Origin: Nibricoccus sp.
GTDB taxonomy: Bacteria; Verrucomicrobiota; Verrucomicrobiia; Opitutales; Opitutaceae
Assembly (NCBI GenBank): GCA_047602425.1
Contig: JASGHG010000001.1
Coordinates: forward strand, 2,944,001 to 3,008,000
Length of the DNA stretch: 64,000 nucleotides
Direction of reading: 5' to 3'
The notes under the pieces: model-generated
Databases searched by the model: none
The model's input: the letters and a program-made list of their open reading frames with translations, nothing else
What the model was told of the DNA's origin: nothing
In this document: positions 10,640 to 19,882 of the stretch, in pieces
How positions within the stretch are numbered: position 1 is the stretch's first letter
How the letters are laid out: each line of letters begins with the position of its first letter
Made by a program: the position numbers and the translations under genes

Positions 10640-11095
10640 ATGCATCACACATACCCTGCCCACTCAAGGTGTCGCCAGGCCAAAGCGGCCGTGCGCGCCT
10701 TCACTGTTCTCGAAATGATGGTCGTTATCGCGATCATCGCCATGCTTGTCGGCCTGACAGTGACCAATTTCGACAAGATTATTGGCGATACGCGCGGCAA
10801 GACCGCTGAGATGTTCGTCAAGAGCAGCATCAAGGTCCCTATGCAGCAATATAACATGGCGATGGGCGACTATCCCAGCACGGCAGAAGGTTTGCAGGCA
10901 TTGGTGACCGCCCCCTCAAGCAAAGCAGATCGTTGGAAAGGGCCTTACTTGGAAGGCGGGAAATTGCCGGCCGATCCGTGGGGTGAGCCTTATCAATATC
11001 GATATCCCGGCACGAAGAATAAGAACGGTTACGACATCTGGTCCAAAGGTCAGGATAAACAGGACGGCACCGAAGACGACGTCGGCAACTGGTAA
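10640..11095 (+). CDS. gspG: T2SS major pseudopilin GspG
   Basis: AFTVLEMMVV; YPSTAEGLQAL; WKGPYL; DPWGEPYQY; DDVGNW. Confidence 0.93.
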   Translation: MHHTYPAHSRCRQAKAAVRAFTVLEMMVVIAIIAMLVGLTVTNFDKIIGDTRGKTAEMFVKSSIKVPMQQYNMAMGDYPSTAEGLQALVTAPSSKADRWKGPYLEGGKLPADPWGEPYQYRYPGTKNKNGYDIWSKGQDKQDGTEDDVGNW

Positions 11096-11137
11096 ACTTC
11101 TGTGCCAACTGAGGCACAACGGCAGAGACAGGACCGC

Positions 11138-11665
11138 GTGATTCAACGTTTACATCGTTATCGCGCGTTCACCGTCTTGGAGGTCATGGTGGTCATCGCC
11201 TTGATCTCCTTGCTTGCGGCTGTGCTGGTGACGGGTGGTTTGCATCTTACTCGCGAAGGTTCGGCCACTCCGGAAGAAACCTTCTGGAATGCCGTGACTG
11301 AAGCGCGTCGCATGGCGCTGCTTTCGGGACGCGATGTCCATATGAGTTTCGTTGGCGCGGCAAAGGGCGAGAAGGAACGGGCGCTCGTGATTCGCGCCTT
11401 GGACGGCACCGAAAAACGCATTCCTTTCGAGCCAACGTCGGGCGAACTGATCATGGATTTTCTTTCCGCGCAAAAAGGCGGGGCGTCGATTCTGCTGGCC
11501 AGCCAGATTGTGGAAACCTCCACGGTCCCTTATGTGACATTTTATGGCGATGGCACCTGCTCGCCCTTCCGCGTACAAATTCGCACTGGAGGCGAGGCCC
11601 GCCAATTGAGGATCGATCCTTGGACCTGTGCGTTGGTTTTGCCGGGCACGGAGGAGAAAAAATGA
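11138..11665 (+). CDS. Minor pseudopilin, GspH-like
   Basis: RAFTVLEVMVV prepilin motif; FYGDGT; position after gspG; start uncertain (11102 or 11138). Confidence 0.75.
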   Translation: MIQRLHRYRAFTVLEVMVVIALISLLAAVLVTGGLHLTREGSATPEETFWNAVTEARRMALLSGRDVHMSFVGAAKGEKERALVIRALDGTEKRIPFEPTSGELIMDFLSAQKGGASILLASQIVETSTVPYVTFYGDGTCSPFRVQIRTGGEARQLRIDPWTCALVLPGTEEKK

Positions 11666-12219
11666 GCTTCCGCCGCAAAGGTTTCACCGTGATCGAAGTA
11701 ATGGTCGCCATGGCGATCTTTTTCGGTGCGGTCGTGGTTTTTGCCGGCTCCTACCTCGATATTCTCAATGCCTACGCGAAGATCGAAAACGACGGCGACT
11801 ACAAGAACGACGTGAAGTTCGCCCGCGCGATGCTCATGGCCGAGCCCGATCTGGAGACGGTCGAAAAAGGCGCCGACTTCGAAACGGTGGGCGGTCATCG
11901 CATCAGCTGGAAAGCCACGATTGAGGGAACGAATGTCGCCGACCTTTTCGCGGTGACTTTCGATTGCGACATCAATTCCGCCGAACTCAAGGAACCGCTG
12001 CATATCACCGAAAAATTCCGTTTGCTGCGTCCGACGTGGTCGAAGCCGGAGGACCGCGACAAGCTTCGCGCCGACGCGCGCACCCGCATCCAGGAAATGC
12101 AGGGCAACAATGGTGGCGACAGTAGTGGCGGCGGCACTACAAGTGGTGGAACCATCGGGGGGGGATCGACGAACCGAAACGGCAATACTTCGAGACCAGC
12201 TGGAGGAAACCGCCGATGA
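11662..12219 (+). CDS. Minor pseudopilin, GspI-like
   Basis: KGFTVIEVMVAM; ATG overlaps upstream stop. Confidence 0.75.
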   Translation: MSFRRKGFTVIEVMVAMAIFFGAVVVFAGSYLDILNAYAKIENDGDYKNDVKFARAMLMAEPDLETVEKGADFETVGGHRISWKATIEGTNVADLFAVTFDCDINSAELKEPLHITEKFRLLRPTWSKPEDRDKLRADARTRIQEMQGNNGGDSSGGGTTSGGTIGGGSTNRNGNTSRPAGGNRR

Positions 12220-12860
12220 AACGCCGCGCTGCCTTCACCATGCTCGAGATCCTCATCGCGGTCACGATGGTGGGCATGCTGCTGCTGGCGCTGAACACCT
12301 TCATTTTTTCGATGGGCGAACTTTGGGGACGCAATTCCGAGCCGCGCCTCTTCGAACAGCACGTGCGCAACGTCACTCGTTTCCTCCAGCAGGAGCTTGA
12401 GCGTGCCGCGTTGCCGCCTGCCGGGCGCAGCGGCCAGAACGCAATCGCGTTGAAGGAAATCAAACCGCAAAACGGTTCCACGGAAAACCTGATCACCTTC
12501 GAACTGCCGCAGGGCAGCCGCCTTATTCACTGGCCGGGTCGAGCGCTTCCCGACGTCGAATGTTCGCTCCAAGTACGGGAGCGCGAAGGCTTGTACCTCC
12601 TCTGGCATTCGCGGTTGGAAAAGAATTTCGAGGATGAGGCGCCGCGCGAAACGGTGATCACTCCGCTCGTGACCGCGCTGGCTTACGATTACTACGATAC
12701 GGATTTCAAACGCTGGAAAACCGAAAACAACCTCCAGCGCGATTCCACCGGCAAATATCTGACGCCGCAACGGCTGCGCTTGAAATTCACCTACGAAAAA
12801 CTCACGCGCGAGACCGTTGTCACGCTGCCTAACACCACGGAGGGATTGCCGCAATTCTAG
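12216..12860 (+). CDS. Minor pseudopilin, GspJ-like
   Basis: AAFTMLEILIAV; C-terminal PQRLRLKF. Confidence 0.75.
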   Translation: MKRRAAFTMLEILIAVTMVGMLLLALNTFIFSMGELWGRNSEPRLFEQHVRNVTRFLQQELERAALPPAGRSGQNAIALKEIKPQNGSTENLITFELPQGSRLIHWPGRALPDVECSLQVREREGLYLLWHSRLEKNFEDEAPRETVITPLVTALAYDYYDTDFKRWKTENNLQRDSTGKYLTPQRLRLKFTYEKLTRETVVTLPNTTEGLPQF

Positions 12861-12861
12861 C

Positions 12862-14052
12862 ATGAACCCGCGCGTTCCAACCTCTCTTCCCTGCGAGCTC
12901 GTTCTGGCGCGTCCCGCGCCCGTAGCTCGCCGCGCACGCGGTTCGGTGTTGCTCGTCGTGTTGGTGACGATCGCTTTTGTGACCGTTGCGTTGACCGCCT
13001 TTATCGAGCGTTCAATGAACGACCTGCTGGTCGAACACCGCGCCTACGCCGCGAACCGCTTGCGCCTCGAAGCGTGCTCCGTGCTGGAAACGACGCTGGC
13101 CGTGCTGGAGGATTTTCGTCTTGCGAATGGTTCGTTGAAAAGCCCGGCCGAAGGCTGGGGCGATCCGTTGACCTGGGTCGGTTACGAACCAGCCGAAGGA
13201 CACAAGGTCGAGGTTACCTTCATCGACGAGAGCGGAAAGTTTTCCCTCCCCAATGTCACCCAGTCGACGCTTCTGAACCTCTTCAAAGACTGGGGCCTTT
13301 CCCAGTCCGAAGGCGAAATCATCGCCGACGCCATCCTCGGTTGGATGAAGGCCGATTACGTGCCGACCTCGGCCAGTGCGCCCGACAAGGACGACTATGA
13401 ACGCGAGGAAATCCCCTTCACGCCACCCGGCCGTCCGATGCGCTCCTTCGACGAACTCGCGACGATTGCGGTGGCTCGCGATGTTTTTTACGATGACGCA
13501 GGCCAGCCGAACGAATTGTGGCACCGTTTCGCGTCCGCTTTCTCGTTGTATAGCTATCAGAGTCCCAGCCTCAACGGCGCGACACCCGAGCTGCTGGCAG
13601 GCCTTGGGGCCTCCGACGCCAACCAGCAGAAACAACTTAACGATTACCTTGCGGGGCGAGGCGTGTACGAGAGCAACGGCCCCGGCTTTTTCAAATCCGC
13701 TGCCGATGCCGCCACCATCCTCGGCGCGCAATCTCCTGCCACGCAACTCGACACGCAAATTCGTGCCCTGCGCATTATCGTGACGGTTCGCGAAGGCCGC
13801 TCAGCCTATCGAATCAACGCTCTCATCGCTCCGCCGAACGGCGCAACCATTCCGGCCGCCGCGCCGCCTCGTAAAGCTGACACCACCAAGCAAAACGAGG
13901 GTCAGACCAGTAACAACCCGCCTACGCCCGCCGTCAGCAACACTTCCGGCGCCACTCAAACCGCAAAAAAACTCAATTATCCCTTTACGATCTTGGAATT
14001 CCGCGAAAACGATGAGATGCCTAGTCCGATAACCCCACCCACCAGCTCCTGA
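12862..14052 (+). CDS. gspK: T2SS protein GspK
   Basis: RGSVLLVVL; DESGKFSL; ADAILGW; RSFDEL. Confidence 0.8.
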   Translation: MNPRVPTSLPCELVLARPAPVARRARGSVLLVVLVTIAFVTVALTAFIERSMNDLLVEHRAYAANRLRLEACSVLETTLAVLEDFRLANGSLKSPAEGWGDPLTWVGYEPAEGHKVEVTFIDESGKFSLPNVTQSTLLNLFKDWGLSQSEGEIIADAILGWMKADYVPTSASAPDKDDYEREEIPFTPPGRPMRSFDELATIAVARDVFYDDAGQPNELWHRFASAFSLYSYQSPSLNGATPELLAGLGASDANQQKQLNDYLAGRGVYESNGPGFFKSAADAATILGAQSPATQLDTQIRALRIIVTVREGRSAYRINALIAPPNGATIPAAAPPRKADTTKQNEGQTSNNPPTPAVSNTSGATQTAKKLNYPFTILEFRENDEMPSPITPPTSS

Positions 14053-14054
14053 GC

Positions 14055-15194
14055 ATGCAACTGCCAGCCCGTTTCAAACTCACCGTGCCCACGCGGAAAG
14101 TCGTGTTGCTTCCCGACACGCACTTTTTCTGCCGGACCGTGCCGGTGCCCGCAATGGCTTCGCCGGCGGAAGTCGCCGGGCAGGTCGAAATTGCGCTGGA
14201 AGGCATGGCTCCTTTCCCGGTCGCGCAAATGTACCACGGACACTATTGGCGTTCGGGTGCGCGAAACGCCCTCGTCTACGCGGCCTACCGCAAACGTTTT
14301 CCCTCCGAGCAGGTTGAAACTTGGGCCGACGCGGAAGCGGTGATGCCGGCCTTCGCCAGCATGTTGCACGCGAAAGTCGCAGGCTCGACCACGCTCCTGA
14401 TTTGGGCGGAAAAAACACTTACCGCCATTCGTTGGGAAGATCCTTTCGACGCCCCGATCAGCGTCCATGCCCGTGAATTGCCGCCGGATTTCAAACCCGA
14501 GGATCGCGACGCCTTGCGTGACGATCTCCTGCGCATCTCGGGCGCCAGCATTCACGTCGCTGAGACCGAAGCGGCGCCGACGCTGGACTCGGCCGCCTCG
14601 CAGGACGACGAGTACCTTTTCCGCAGCACGTCCTACGACTCCAACTTTACCCGCGAGGAGATGGACGTGCTCGACGTGCGCGACAAAGAGGAGCTTCAAA
14701 GCCGGCGTCGCGCGCGTTCGCGCGACCTTATTCTTTGGCGTGTATTGCTTGGTTGCGCTGCGACCATCGCCTTGTGCTTGCTCCTGGAAGGCACGGTCTT
14801 CGGCCTCGGGATCTGGCAGAAAAATCGCGAAAACCTGGTGCGCGAGCAGACGCCTCAAGTGGAAAAGATCAAACAAACCAACAGCTTGGTTTTGCAGGTC
14901 GAAGAACGCTCCACCAAACGCATTCGCCCCTTTGAGATGTTGACGCTCCTCGACGGAAAGCTGCCGGCTTCGGTCGTATTTTCCCGGGCGACGGTGAAAG
15001 ACCTCTACACCTTGGAAATCGAAGCCTCCGCCACCAATCCGAGCGACACCGATCTCTTCCGCGTGACGCTCAGCAGTCTGCCCTTCTGCGAAAGCGTCGA
15101 CGTCAAACTCCAACCAGCCCAAGCCGGCCGCAATCCGTTCCGCGCCACGGTTAAATTCCGGCCCAACGCCTTTCAAGGATTCACGCAGTCATGA
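14055..15194 (+). CDS. T2SS GspL/PilN-like assembly protein
   Basis: Position in cluster; single TM then periplasmic domain. Confidence 0.6.
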   Translation: MQLPARFKLTVPTRKVVLLPDTHFFCRTVPVPAMASPAEVAGQVEIALEGMAPFPVAQMYHGHYWRSGARNALVYAAYRKRFPSEQVETWADAEAVMPAFASMLHAKVAGSTTLLIWAEKTLTAIRWEDPFDAPISVHARELPPDFKPEDRDALRDDLLRISGASIHVAETEAAPTLDSAASQDDEYLFRSTSYDSNFTREEMDVLDVRDKEELQSRRRARSRDLILWRVLLGCAATIALCLLLEGTVFGLGIWQKNRENLVREQTPQVEKIKQTNSLVLQVEERSTKRIRPFEMLTLLDGKLPASVVFSRATVKDLYTLEIEASATNPSDTDLFRVTLSSLPFCESVDVKLQPAQAGRNPFRATVKFRPNAFQGFTQS

Positions 15195-15799
15195 AAGCCT
15201 TGAAACTCCCCAAACTTTCCATGCGTGCGGCCCCCAAACTGCGGCTGCCGAAACACGCGTCGCTCCTAAAAGTCTTTTTTCTCACGCGTGCGCTTCGCGA
15301 AAAAGTCCTTTTGCTGGCCTTTATCCTGATCGTCACCGTGACCTGGCTCAGTAGCGTTGCCGGGCGAACCAGCAAATTTAGAAGCCATTTCAAGGAGACT
15401 TCGACCGAACTCGAAACCCAGGCCGAATGGCTCAAAAATCAAGCCCGCATCGACGCCAACGCCAAGGCCGCAGTCGAGCATCTTGATCCCGCCAAAACTT
15501 ACGACGGCGTGCGCCTGCAATCGGAAATCGTTTCGATTTTGCAACGCGTCGGAATAACCACGGGTTACAGTGCCGATCCTGCAGTTTCCGAGCGGGCCAG
15601 CGTCTTCACCAAGCACTCGATCCAAGTCACCATTCGCAACGTGGAATATGCCGCGCTCGTGAAATTCTATCTCGAGATCATCAAGCAGACGCCATACATC
15701 GGCTTCGACCAGGTGAATATCACGGTTCCCAGCAACAATAACAACCGGAACATCCACAACGCGACAATGCGCATCACTTCGGTCGAGTTGGTGAAGTGA
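15191..15799 (+). CDS. T2SS GspM/PilO-like protein
   Basis: REKVLL then TM and coiled coil; last gene of cluster. Confidence 0.6.
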   Translation: MKALKLPKLSMRAAPKLRLPKHASLLKVFFLTRALREKVLLLAFILIVTVTWLSSVAGRTSKFRSHFKETSTELETQAEWLKNQARIDANAKAAVEHLDPAKTYDGVRLQSEIVSILQRVGITTGYSADPAVSERASVFTKHSIQVTIRNVEYAALVKFYLEIIKQTPYIGFDQVNITVPSNNNNRNIHNATMRITSVELVK

Positions 15800-15939
15800 A
15801 CGCCGCGGATATTTGAAATCGCGCAAAAATTAAGCGGTTTCAAATTCGCGAAAAAACCAGCCGACAAAACAGGGCAAACTTTTCGCTCGGATCTACGGCG
15901 GGAATTGCGGTTTCCTTTTGCCAGGCGCGACTCCTGCTG

Positions 15940-16563
15940 GTGAAGTCGCCCTTTATGTTGCTCGATATTCCCAAAGGCGATTTCGCCGGTTTTATCTTCG
16001 ATCTTGATGGTACACTCGTCGACACCATGCCGCTCCACTACTTGGCGTGGGATGAGGCGATGCACGACGTCGGTCTGAAAGAGAAATTGAGCGAAGATCT
16101 TTTCTATTCGCTCGGCGGGGTGCCGACACGTCTCGTGGCCGAAAAAATCGCGCAACACTACGGACTCACGATCGATTCCGCCGCCGTGATGCACAACAAG
16201 GAACAGCTCTATCTCAAGCTCGTGCATCAAGCGCAACCCATCGGTCCGGTTGTGGAATTTCTCGAAAGCATGGCGTCCAAATTTCCGTGCGCGATTGCCA
16301 CGGGCGGCACGCCCGATGTGGCGTTGCCCGCGCTCGAAGCCGCCGGCTTGCGGTCGCATTTCAAGGTCATCGTCACGCCGCTCGACGTCCCTCCTGGTCG
16401 CGGCAAACCTGCGCCCGACATGTTTCTGCTCGCAGCTAAAAAAATCGGCGTGGCTCCGGAGAAATGCCTCGTTTTCGAAGACGCAGAGCCCGGCATTGTC
16501 GCCGCCAAAGCCGCAGGAATGAAAGTCGTGCACGTCCCCAGCCGCCGCTACGGCAAAAAGTAG
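15940..16563 (+). CDS. HAD-family phosphatase (beta-PGM/YqaB-like)
   Basis: FDLDGTLVDT; GKPAPD; FEDAEPGI. Confidence 0.9.
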   Translation: MKSPFMLLDIPKGDFAGFIFDLDGTLVDTMPLHYLAWDEAMHDVGLKEKLSEDLFYSLGGVPTRLVAEKIAQHYGLTIDSAAVMHNKEQLYLKLVHQAQPIGPVVEFLESMASKFPCAIATGGTPDVALPALEAAGLRSHFKVIVTPLDVPPGRGKPAPDMFLLAAKKIGVAPEKCLVFEDAEPGIVAAKAAGMKVVHVPSRRYGKK

Positions 16564-16574
16564 TCCTGAGGATT

Positions 16575-16682
16575 GCCACAAAAAGCACAGAAATTTCCCC
16601 GGCTCCGTCAAAATCCCCTGCGCGCCTATAGGCACGATGGAGAGTTGAGGAAAAACCTTGGAATTTTTGCGCCTTTTGTGGC
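16575..16682. repeat. Imperfect inverted-repeat-bounded intergenic element
   Basis: GCCACAAAAAGCACAGAAATT ... AATTTTTGCGCCTTTTGTGGC. Confidence 0.6.
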
Positions 16683-16762
16683 GAAAAATCCGGCCCACTG
16701 TACTGCCTCGTGCCTGCAATAAAGACTTCCGCCTGTCGGCCGGTTCCGCTTGAATGGCGGGC

Positions 16763-17851
16763 ATGAACGTTTTGTCCCTCGCCAAAGGCGCCGTGCTTTC
16801 CCAACCGGTCTATGAACCGGGTAAACCGATCGAAGATGTCGCCCGTGAACTCGGACTCGATCCGGCCGGCATCATCAAGCTCGCCTCCAACGAAAATCCC
16901 TTCGGCCCGTCGCCGCTCGCGGTCGAAGCCGCCCGCAAGGCCCTGACGCAGGCGGAACTTTATCCCGATGGCGGGTGCGTTGTGCTTCGCAACAAGCTCG
17001 CCAAAAAACTCGAACTCGCGCCCGAACAAATCGTCATCGGTAACGGCTCCAACGAGCTGCTCGAACTGGTCGGCCACGTTTTTCTCGGCCACGGGGACGA
17101 AGTCGTCATGGGCAACCCGGCCTTCATCGTCTATAAACTCGTCACGCTGCTCTTTGGCGCAAAAGCAGTCGAAGTGCCGCTCGTGAAACACCGCCACGAC
17201 CTTGGCTTGCTGCTGGAGGCGGTGACACCGCGCACCAAGATGGTTTTCCTGCCGAGCCCGAACAACCCAACTGGCACCGCCAACACACAGGAGGAAATTT
17301 TCGCCTTCGTGCGCAGCCTGCCCGAGCACGTGATCTTCGTGTACGACGAAGCCTACGCCGAATTTTTGGACAACCCGCCCGACCTGCGTCCGCTGACCAA
17401 GGAAGGCCGCAATGTTATCTGCCTGCGCACGTTTTCGAAAATCTACGGCCTCGCCTCGCTGCGCGTTGGCTACGGTTATTGCAGCCCTGAAATGGCCGGT
17501 TTGCTCAACCGCGTTCGCCAGCCTTTCAACGTCAACGCCATTGGCCAGGCCGCGGCGATTGCCGCGCTTGACGATCAAACCTTTACCGCCAAATGCCGGA
17601 AGGAAAACGCCGCTGGCCTCAAGCAACTCGAAGCCGGCTTCACGAAGCTCGGATTGGAATGGGTGCCCAGCGTGGCGAATTTCATCCTCGTGAAAGTAGG
17701 CGACGGCGTTCGCGTTTTCGGTGAACTGCAAAAACGCGGCTTAATCGTCCGCCCCATGCGCCCCTACGGCATGCCCGAATGGCTCCGCGTCACCGTCGGT
17801 ACGCCGACGCAGAACGAAAAGCTGTTGGCTGAGCTCGCAAAGGCGAAGTGA
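16763..17851 (+). CDS. hisC: Histidinol-phosphate aminotransferase
   Basis: KLASNENP; GNGSNE; PNNPTG; DEAY; RTFSKIYGLASLRVGY. Confidence 0.95.
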   Translation: MNVLSLAKGAVLSQPVYEPGKPIEDVARELGLDPAGIIKLASNENPFGPSPLAVEAARKALTQAELYPDGGCVVLRNKLAKKLELAPEQIVIGNGSNELLELVGHVFLGHGDEVVMGNPAFIVYKLVTLLFGAKAVEVPLVKHRHDLGLLLEAVTPRTKMVFLPSPNNPTGTANTQEEIFAFVRSLPEHVIFVYDEAYAEFLDNPPDLRPLTKEGRNVICLRTFSKIYGLASLRVGYGYCSPEMAGLLNRVRQPFNVNAIGQAAAIAALDDQTFTAKCRKENAAGLKQLEAGFTKLGLEWVPSVANFILVKVGDGVRVFGELQKRGLIVRPMRPYGMPEWLRVTVGTPTQNEKLLAELAKAK

Positions 17852-17857
17852 ACCTAT

Positions 17858-18184
17858 ATGGCGCTCAAAACTATGATCGTGCGCTTACTGGCACTGCCTC
17901 TTCTATTTTGTTTGGTTCTCCCGCTTAGCGGGTGCCGAACGGCCGGAATCGTTGTTGTCGATACGGCTGGTGCGCCGATTAAGGACGCAAAAGTTGTGGG
18001 TATTTCACTTTCGATGGGCGGGCAATCGACTGTAACGAACAAGAAGGGTCGTGCGTCGATACCGTCGGCGATCCAGCAAACCCGATGGATTTACGTCACG
18101 AAAGAAGGCTACTTTCAAAGCGACCAGATAGAGGTTTCCGCCCCCAAGCCAATTAAAGTGATTTTAAGAAAACGGGGAGAATAG
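17858..18184 (+). CDS. Putative lipoprotein (carboxypeptidase-regulatory-like fold)
   Basis: Lipobox LSGC; VVDTAGAPIKDAKV. Confidence 0.65.
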   Translation: MALKTMIVRLLALPLLFCLVLPLSGCRTAGIVVVDTAGAPIKDAKVVGISLSMGGQSTVTNKKGRASIPSAIQQTRWIYVTKEGYFQSDQIEVSAPKPIKVILRKRGE

Positions 18185-18196
18185 ATTGGGCAGGAT

Positions 18197-19276
18197 TCAA
18201 CGTTTCGCCGCCGCTCGCGTCAGCCGGTCGTTGATCGCGAGGGCGAGGGCGTCTTGGCCGGGGGCGCGTTCGGCGCGGATTTGTTTCCATTTGCCTTGAT
18301 CGAGCGCCCGCAGTTTGGCGAAAAGATTTTTGGCGGCGGTCGCTAGTTCGCCTTTTTCCGAGAGCCAGAAAATATTTTTCGGCTCGCGACCTTTTGCAAA
18401 TTCAGCGGGGCGACGGAAGTAGAGGTAGGCTTCGGTGGATCGAAGGTAGGGACGCACCGCCGGGGCGTCCGTTACCGTTGCCTGTGTCTGGCGTTGCGGA
18501 CGGCCCGGCGGTCCGTCCCTACCTTCGGAAAGCTGGTCGTACAACTTGATCGGCGTGCGCGGACTGTAGTGCCGGGCGAGCAGGCCGGGGGCGATGGCGG
18601 CTTTGGTGCGTTTGACTGTTTCGCCAGCGGCGGGTTTTACCTTTGCGCGCAGGACGCGTTCGATCGCCCGGCGTTCGATTGCACCGGGACGCAAAATCGC
18701 CGGGTGCTTCGGATCCCGCAGATCGAGGATCGTCGATTCGAGTCCGATGGCACAGTCGCCGCCTTCGAGGATGTAATGTATTTTTTTGCCAAGGCTCTCG
18801 GCGACGTGGGCGGCGCTCGTCGGGCTGATGTAGCCGAAGGGGTTCGCACTGGGAGCGGCGAGGGGACGGCCGCAGGCGTGGAGGAGTTTTCGAAAAAGCG
18901 GATGGCGTGGCATGCGGATCGCCACGCTCGGACGGCCGGAAGTCACGAGATCGGGCACGGCCGGTTTTTTCGGTAGGACGATCGTGAGCGGGCCGGGCCA
19001 GAAGGCGCGGGCGATTTTCTCGACGGCCGGATTTGTCTCAGCGAGCTGGTTGAGCTGCTTGAGCGAGTGCAGATGTACGATCAACGGATCGTTGGCGGGG
19101 CGGCCCTTGGCGCGGAAGATCTTTTCGACGGCATTCTCGTTCAACGCGTCGCCCGCCAGGCCATAGACAGTTTCCGTCGGCACGGCGACGACCTCGCCGT
19201 CGTTCAGCGCGCGGGCGAGAAAGGCGAGGTTGCGAGGGGTGCCGCGAAAAATTTTGGCGTTGGGCCTGATGGGCAT
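18197..19276 (-). CDS. tsaC: L-threonylcarbamoyladenylate synthase, Sua5 type
   Basis: PTETVYGL; KGRPANDPLIVH; FWPGPLT; APSAN; PGLLARHYSP; INDRLTRAA. Confidence 0.95.
   Translation of the reverse strand: MPIRPNAKIFRGTPRNLAFLARALNDGEVVAVPTETVYGLAGDALNENAVEKIFRAKGRPANDPLIVHLHSLKQLNQLAETNPAVEKIARAFWPGPLTIVLPKKPAVPDLVTSGRPSVAIRMPRHPLFRKLLHACGRPLAAPSANPFGYISPTSAAHVAESLGKKIHYILEGGDCAIGLESTILDLRDPKHPAILRPGAIERRAIERVLRAKVKPAAGETVKRTKAAIAPGLLARHYSPRTPIKLYDQLSEGRDGPPGRPQRQTQATVTDAPAVRPYLRSTEAYLYFRRPAEFAKGREPKNIFWLSEKGELATAAKNLFAKLRALDQGKWKQIRAERAPGQDALALAINDRLTRAAAKR
18441..18527. repeat. GTAG-type REP doublet (REPIN) inside sua5 CDS
   Basis: GGTAGGGACGCACCGCCGGGGCGTCCG (18445-18471) and inverted CGGACGGCCCGGCGGTCCGTCCCTACC (18497-18523); homolog at 39103-39190. 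Confidence 0.85.
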
Positions 19277-19287
19277 CGTGGAGGCAC

Positions 19288-19314
19288 AAAAAAACCGGAG
19301 GCATGCTCCGGTTT
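19288..19314 (-). terminator. Intrinsic terminator after rpsR
   Basis: AAACCGGAG/CTCCGGTTT stem followed by T-run on minus strand. Confidence 0.7.
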
Positions 19315-19339
19315 GGAAAGAGGGCGACGAGCGGATCGC

Positions 19340-19537
19340 TTATTTGGCGAGCAGCATGTTGCGCGACTTCTTGATCGTCGAGGTGACGACGCGCTGTTGT
19401 TTGGCGGAAAGGCCGGTGTATTTGCGCGGAAGGATCTTGCCGGTGTCGGTGACGTAACGGTTCATCAGCTCAGGAGCCGTGAAGGGAAAGTTTTCGGGCG
19501 TGAGGCTGTGTTGGGTTTGTTCGGGCGTGCTGCTCAT
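19340..19537 (-). CDS. rpsR: 30S ribosomal protein S18
   Basis: YVTDTGKILPRKYTGLSAKQQRVVTSTIKKSRNMLL. Confidence 0.92.
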   Translation of the reverse strand: MSSTPEQTQHSLTPENFPFTAPELMNRYVTDTGKILPRKYTGLSAKQQRVVTSTIKKSRNMLLAK

Positions 19538-19882
19538 AAAAAGTAGAGTTGGCCAAAAAGCCACGCGCTGAGGGCCTTGTCAACAGGTTTGTCCGGGCGG
19601 AATTTCTCTTTGGGAGGGCAAATGCCTTCGCCGTCGGCGATCCGCTGCTACAAAGCAGGGGCGGGGCAGGCGAATGCTCAGAGTTTACGGCTTCGTCGCT
19701 TGGTCGGCCTCGCCAACCTTACCCTATGTCCGGTAGGGCCTTTTGACCCCACGGCGGGGCGGATTTTACAACTTTACGTAACTGTTTCGGCGGACTTGGC
19801 GGGAGGATCCAGTTGAATGGTGCCATCGCGGCCGGGACGGCCGACGACCCTCTTTTTACTCAATTTCCCGCATTTCGCTCCC

